64,000 nucleotides of DNA from contig CAVKCP010000001.1 of assembly GCA_963654815.1 (NCBI GenBank), forward strand, positions 11,954 to 75,953, in the 5' to 3' direction. Positions within the stretch are counted from its first letter, which is position 1. Every line of letters starts with the position of its first letter. The stretch is from Lachnospiraceae bacterium (lineage in GTDB: Bacteria > Bacteroidota > Bacteroidia > Bacteroidales > Bacteroidaceae). Made by a program: the position numbers and the translations under genes. Shown here piece after piece: positions 59,132 through 64,000 of this stretch. The notes under the pieces were generated by a model that saw nothing but the letters and a program-made list of their open reading frames with translations, was not told where the DNA came from and did no database searches.

Positions 59132-59293
59132 TATGTTACATTGAAGGACGTTGCCAGATGTCTGATAGACAAGATAAAGACGATAAGAAATTTAGGCTCG
59201 ACTAGCATTAGTGAGATAAAGCAGAAGTTGGTAGAGTAGAACCTTGGTTTTGGTGTGGACCTCATCGAAATAAAACGGAAATTACTGTTGTAA
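59132..59293 (+). pseudogene. Decayed RNA polymerase alpha C-terminal-domain-like fragment
   Basis: Frame reads YVTLKDVARCLIDKIKTIRNLGSTSISEIKQKLVE*NLGFGVDLIEIKRKLLL*; in-frame TAG at 59237-59239 and no ATG start. Confidence 0.6.
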
Positions 59294-59309
59294 TGAAACA
59301 TTGTGAATT

Positions 59310-59855
59310 ATGATTATCGAAGAAATCATCAAATATAATGAGCAGTTTTTAGCTACAAAAGGCTATGAAAAGTATCTCACAAGTAAGTATCCCGACAAGA
59401 AGCTTGCTATCCTCTCTTGCATGGACACACGACTGACAGAACTTCTGCCTGCCGCCCTTGGACTAAAGAACGGTGATGCCAAGATTATCAAGAATGCCGG
59501 CGGCCTGGTCATCAGTCCCTTTGACTCTGCCATGCGCAGCCTCTTGGTTGCCATCTATGAACTCGGTGTAGAGGAAATTATGGTTGTTGCACATTCCAAT
59601 TGTGGCGCATGTCACATGAACGGTGCACAGATGAAGGAACTGATGCTGCAACGTGGCATTCATCAAGATGTAATAAACACGATTGGGCTATGTGGTATTG
59701 ACTTGGACCATTGGCTTGAAGGTTTCCATGATACGGAGGATTCGGTGAGAAATACCGTTAACACAATCCGTAATCATCCTCTCGTTCCAAAGGATGTAAA
59801 TCTGCATGGTTACATAATAGATTCTGTGACAGGAAAATTGACAGAGGTGAAATAA
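59310..59855 (+). CDS. Beta-class carbonic anhydrase
   Basis: CMDTR and HSNCG zinc ligands; KNAGG. Confidence 0.93.
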   Translation: MIIEEIIKYNEQFLATKGYEKYLTSKYPDKKLAILSCMDTRLTELLPAALGLKNGDAKIIKNAGGLVISPFDSAMRSLLVAIYELGVEEIMVVAHSNCGACHMNGAQMKELMLQRGIHQDVINTIGLCGIDLDHWLEGFHDTEDSVRNTVNTIRNHPLVPKDVNLHGYIIDSVTGKLTEVK

Positions 59856-60093
59856 TAGCATTTAGTGAATGCCATTTGTTCAACCCTGCGCAAAGGTTGG
59901 AGATGAGGTAATAGAACACAACTATCTACATCAAGTTTCATTATTGAAGCATGGCTGATGAATGTTTATGTCAATGATGGATAAGCAGCAAAACGCATTA
60001 ATGATTTTGCTGAGGAGGATATGCCTTACTTAGCTAAATTATTGGGGTTCGTGGCTTTTTGAATTAAGACTTATCACTTTAAAACCAACAACA

Positions 60094-60666
60094 ATGAAGC
60101 ATTTTTTATTAGTACTTTTTCTGGCCTTTACTGTTAGCGTCAGCTCAGCCCAGACAGAGCACATGAAATTTAAGGGTATTCCAATGGAAGGTTCCCTTCA
60201 GTCATTCACGAGCAAGTTGAGAGCCAAAGGTTTTACCCCTATTGGTATTGAAAACGGTGTATCTTTGTTAAAAGGAGAATTTGCCGGTTATAAGGACTGT
60301 ACTATCGGGGCAGTAGCTGATAAGAGCGGTATGATATGTAAGGTTTCCGTCATATTCCCAGAAATGGACAAATGGGGCGATTTGGAACAGTGTTATTCTA
60401 ACTATAAATCCATGCTCACTGAAAAATATGGAGAACCAAAGGAATGTGTAGAAAAGTTCCAAAGCAACTATGTCAAAGATGATGATAACTCAAAACAACT
60501 TGAGCTGAAGATGGATAGATGCAAATATTATAGCATCTTCGATGGGACAAATGGCGAAATACAATTGCGGATAACTCATCAGAAATATACCTGCCATGTC
60601 ATGCTCAACTATTTTGATAATGCCAATCAGGAGCAGCTGAGGAAGCAAATCATGGACGATCTTTAA
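60094..60666 (+). CDS. Exported hypothetical protein
   Basis: Signal peptide; HMKFKGIP...KYGEP pattern; no recognisable catalytic motif. Confidence 0.8.
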   Translation: MKHFLLVLFLAFTVSVSSAQTEHMKFKGIPMEGSLQSFTSKLRAKGFTPIGIENGVSLLKGEFAGYKDCTIGAVADKSGMICKVSVIFPEMDKWGDLEQCYSNYKSMLTEKYGEPKECVEKFQSNYVKDDDNSKQLELKMDRCKYYSIFDGTNGEIQLRITHQKYTCHVMLNYFDNANQEQLRKQIMDDL

Positions 60667-60836
60667 CCCATTTAAATTGCAAACATGAACCTTGGTGCTC
60701 AAGGTTTCTTCGTCTTGGCCCATAGCAATCGCTTTTGCCAAAATACTCTCTGACATTAGCTAATAGTCAAAGGATAGTAAATGAAACATATGGATTCACT
60801 GCTGAGGCAGCATAAAATTTAACGAAGTATTGTAAT

Positions 60837-62711
60837 ATGAGACAGATAGAATTGCTTGCACCCGCCAAAAACCTTGAATGCGGAAAGGCTGCCATTGACC
60901 ATGGTGCCGATGCCGTGTATATTGGTGCGAGTGACTTCGGTGCGCGGGTGGCAGCAGGAAATTCTACCGACGACATTGCCGCCTTGTGCCAGTATGCGCA
61001 TGGCTTTGGTGCCAAGGTGTATGTTACGGTCAATACAATAATATATGACGGCGAATTGGAAGAAGCCCGTCGGCTCATAATGAGTTTGGCTGCGACAGGT
61101 GTCGATGCCATTCTCGTGCAGGACATGGGAGTTGTGAAAATGCTGGAAGGGTGTGCCGAGCCTTTGCCCGAACTGCATGCCAGCACGCAAACCGACAACC
61201 GCAATGCAGCGAAAGTGAAATGGCTGCACGATTTGGGTTTCAGCAGAGTGGTGCTTGCACGGGAACTTTCGCTCGCAGAGATAGCCGAAATTCACAAGGC
61301 TGTGCCTGATGTAGAGCTTGAAGTGTTTGTTCACGGTGCATTGTGTGTGAGCTATTCAGGTGCTTGCTACGCATCGGCTTATTGCTTTGGCCGCAGTGCA
61401 AATAGGGGAGAGTGTGCGCAGTTCTGTCGCCTGGCCTTCGATTTGCGCGATGCCGACGGCAACGTTATAGACAGTGGCCGCCATTTCTTGTCGCTCAAAG
61501 ACCTTTGTCAGATTGACGAACTTGAACGCATCGTTGATGCGGGATCCACCTCGCTGAAGATAGAAGGCCGTTTGAAGAATATTGACTATGTGAAGAATGT
61601 GGTTTCTGCATACAGCATGCGCCTGAACGAAATCATAGGCAGGTATCCCGACAAATACAGACGGGCATCGTTTGGGAGGGTTGAATATATGTTTGCTCCA
61701 CATCTCGAGAAAACCTTCAACCGTGGTTTTACCAATTATTTTCTCAATGGCCGGACGCGTGATATAGCGTCGTTTGACACGCCCAAGGCTATGGGCGAAT
61801 ATGTGGGCTATGTGAAGGAAATAAAAGGAAAATCGTTTAATGTGGCAGGAACGGCAATATTTGCCAATGGCGATGGCTTGTGTTTTGTGAATAAAGAACA
61901 TAAACTTGAAGGATTTCGCGTTAACCGTGTGGAAAATAACCGCTTGTACCCATTGACATTGCCTGAAAATTTGCGCGCAGGAATGGCTTTGTATAGGAAT
62001 AATGACCAGACGTTTGAAAAGATTTTGTCTCGCCAAACTGCTGTACGCAGGCTGTCGGTTGATTTCGTTGTGCGTTGTTCTGGTAGTGAATTGCGCATAA
62101 GTGCAACTGATGAAATGGGCAGAAAATGCACGATGGCGGTTGAAGGAAAGTTTGAAAAAGCCTTGAAGCCGCAGCACGACAATATCGTTAGGCAACTGGA
62201 AAAACTGGGAAACACAATATATAAAGCACGCAGCATAACGCTTGAAGGCGAAAGCGAGACGATGTTTATACCTGCAAGCATGTTGGCAGAGTTGCGGCGC
62301 AATGTCGTGGAGAATTTGCAGGCTCAATCCGCTCAATCCAAAGTAATAACTCACGATGCCGCATCGGAAAGGCATTCTGTTCAGCATGAGGCAAACGGAA
62401 ATACTGCGGCAAATGCAATAAATGCAGCGAATGTAGCCAACCACCTCGCACGGGAGTTTTATAATGAGCAAGGAGTGGTAGGAGCACCTGATGCCTATGA
62501 GTTGGGCTATGCCGAAGGGAAAAAGAAATATAATGTGTTTCCGATAATGACCTGCCGTCATTGTCTGCGCAATGCGTTCGGGTTCTGTTCGAAAAAAGGA
62601 AAGAAAATGCCTTGGAAAGAACCGTTGTTTCTCGCGCTTCCAGATGGAAGAAAATTCCGTCTTTCGTTTAATTGTTCACGGTGCGAAATGAATGTGTATG
62701 CGGAAAACTGA
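60837..62711 (+). CDS. U32-family Fe-S protein with long C-terminal extension, RlhA-like (probable 23S rRNA hydroxylation)
   Basis: ELLAPA, GADAVY, HASTQ, HGALCVSYSG.C, NRGECAQFCR and KIEGR motifs; 624 aa. Confidence 0.85.
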   Translation: MRQIELLAPAKNLECGKAAIDHGADAVYIGASDFGARVAAGNSTDDIAALCQYAHGFGAKVYVTVNTIIYDGELEEARRLIMSLAATGVDAILVQDMGVVKMLEGCAEPLPELHASTQTDNRNAAKVKWLHDLGFSRVVLARELSLAEIAEIHKAVPDVELEVFVHGALCVSYSGACYASAYCFGRSANRGECAQFCRLAFDLRDADGNVIDSGRHFLSLKDLCQIDELERIVDAGSTSLKIEGRLKNIDYVKNVVSAYSMRLNEIIGRYPDKYRRASFGRVEYMFAPHLEKTFNRGFTNYFLNGRTRDIASFDTPKAMGEYVGYVKEIKGKSFNVAGTAIFANGDGLCFVNKEHKLEGFRVNRVENNRLYPLTLPENLRAGMALYRNNDQTFEKILSRQTAVRRLSVDFVVRCSGSELRISATDEMGRKCTMAVEGKFEKALKPQHDNIVRQLEKLGNTIYKARSITLEGESETMFIPASMLAELRRNVVENLQAQSAQSKVITHDAASERHSVQHEANGNTAANAINAANVANHLAREFYNEQGVVGAPDAYELGYAEGKKKYNVFPIMTCRHCLRNAFGFCSKKGKKMPWKEPLFLALPDGRKFRLSFNCSRCEMNVYAEN

Positions 62712-63690
62712 GTTGTTTGCCTTTATATTGCTGCTGTCGGTTGTTCTCAGCGGGTGTTACCATGACGGGAGGCATGGCGGTGTGAGGCGTGATGTGCAAA
62801 CAAATGTAGAGAACGATACTGATATGTTTGTTCGCACACACCACTATTCGCAAAACTACAATTTTGTGGTAAAAGCCGATTCGCTGGTTCTTTTGTGCCA
62901 ACAACCCGAAGAAGGAGTGTCGCTTATGCCCACCGATTCGGTGGCAGTGCATAAGGGTGAACATCTCGTTGTCGTGGATATGCGCGTGTTGAAAAACGAC
63001 ATGGTGGATTCAGTATGGATTCAGGTGGCGCGCGACCAGTACACTTTCGGTTGGGTGCATGAAAATGTATTGTTGCGGAATGCCGTGCCCGATGACCCGA
63101 TTTCACAGTTTATATCGACCTTCTCCGATGTGCATTTGCTGATATTCCTTGTCGTCATTATATTGATAGCGGTGTGCTATCTTCTGCACAATATCTTGCG
63201 CAAGAAAGCCAATATCGTGCATTTCAATGATATACAGTCGTTTTATCCTACATTGCTCGCTCTTGTTGTGGCCTACTCGGCTGCATTCTATTCAAGCATT
63301 CAGTTGTTCGCCCCTGATGCATGGCAGAATTTTTATTTTCATCCCACACTTAATCCGTTTGTCGTGCCCGAAATATTGTCGATATTCCTTGTATCAGTAT
63401 GGGCAATGACGATAATCGCGATTGCAACAATCGACGACGTTTACCACAAGCTTGATTTCGGCGGAGCAACGCTTTACATCAGTGGCTTGGTAGCGGTGTG
63501 TGCCATAAACTATATAGTGTTCAGCGTAACCACATTATATTATATAGGCTATGTGCTGCTTGCAGCTTACACCGTATATGCATTAGTGGCTTATTTCAAG
63601 CACAACTATTACAAGTATATTTGCGGTAAATGTGGCGCACGCATGATGAAAAAAGGCGTATGTCCGAAATGTGGAGCCTATAATGAGTGA
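62698..63690 (+). CDS. Membrane lipoprotein-like protein with C-terminal zinc ribbon
   Basis: Lipobox-like LSGC, about 5 TM segments, terminal CGKCG...CPKCG. Confidence 0.8.
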   Translation: MRKTELFAFILLLSVVLSGCYHDGRHGGVRRDVQTNVENDTDMFVRTHHYSQNYNFVVKADSLVLLCQQPEEGVSLMPTDSVAVHKGEHLVVVDMRVLKNDMVDSVWIQVARDQYTFGWVHENVLLRNAVPDDPISQFISTFSDVHLLIFLVVIILIAVCYLLHNILRKKANIVHFNDIQSFYPTLLALVVAYSAAFYSSIQLFAPDAWQNFYFHPTLNPFVVPEILSIFLVSVWAMTIIAIATIDDVYHKLDFGGATLYISGLVAVCAINYIVFSVTTLYYIGYVLLAAYTVYALVAYFKHNYYKYICGKCGARMMKKGVCPKCGAYNE

Positions 63691-63905
63691 TGATAGAACA
63701 TTGATATGCAGCGATTTGCACTTTTACTCGAAAATAGCGCGCTGTTAAATGCATCGGTGTATGTCTTTTCTTGTTAAAAATGCGGTTGTTGTCGTGAAAA
63801 CGACATGCGCTGCAGCAGGTAAATTGTCTGTTAAAATTTTGTGAAATCCAGAAATTAATAGTATTTTTGCAAAACAATTTTCACTTATACGTTGCAACAC
63901 AGATT

Positions 63906-64000
63906 ATGAAAAAGTATTTACTACCATTTGTCCTTTTGGCATTGGTTTTATGCATGGGCAGTTGTGGCTCGATTAAGAAAATCCCTTATTTCACCAACAT
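63906..64000 (+). CDS. 5' part of a polysaccharide export lipoprotein (Wza-like), truncated by the window edge
   Basis: MKKYLLPFVLLALVLCMGSCGSIKKIPYFTN: lipobox plus the SC.S.K.I.YF start typical of Bacteroidota Wza; promoter TATTTTTG at 63862-63869. Confidence 0.65.
   Translation, partial: MKKYLLPFVLLALVLCMGSCGSIKKIPYFTN

Noticed and set aside
59870..60062. Possible second pseudogene fragment in the islet (FIIEAWLMNVYVNDG*AAKRINDFAEEDMPYLAKLLGFVAF*)
   Set aside because: It looks protein-like but I cannot match it to any family; it needs TBLASTN before it can be called.
60837..62711. Collagenase/peptidase call for the U32 protein
   Set aside because: Characterised U32 members with this Cys motif are Fe-S hydroxylation factors (RlhA, TrhP, UbiUV); nothing here supports proteolysis.

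Overview
Chromosomal window from a Bacteroidota bacterium, most likely Prevotellaceae, judged from TAnnTTTG promoters, SusC/SusD, an HTCS, PorE and the gene content. It is mostly housekeeping: htrA, fused nfnAB, serS, rubrerythrin, hrpB, porE, topB, purT, mmdA/mmdC, lolE-like, infC-rpmI-rplT, a J-domain protein, aspS, RNase P RNA, rlmH, panB, feoAB, ribH, metA, an rlhA-like U32 gene and a partial wza. It also holds a xyloglucan-type PUL (susC-susD-HTCS-GH31-GH2-GH3) with no endo-enzyme, an amino-dideoxyhexose cassette, two orphan glycosyltransferases and a small AT-rich islet. The least explained signals lie outside the ORF track. (1) A 200-bp MITE-like element with perfect 21-bp inverted ends sits in the 3' end of a thioredoxin-family gene and has rewritten its C-terminus. 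(2) A dispersed family of degenerate 22-bp tandem arrays, built of two phased palindromes, occurs in five intergenic spacers. (3) There is a decayed RNA polymerase alpha-CTD-like fragment. (4) An unannotated 58-aa OadG-tail-like ORF lies in a carboxyltransferase operon that lacks its Na+-pump subunit. I saw no CRISPR array, tRNA, rRNA, transposase or prophage gene. All calls come from reading the sequence and recognising motifs; no searches were run.
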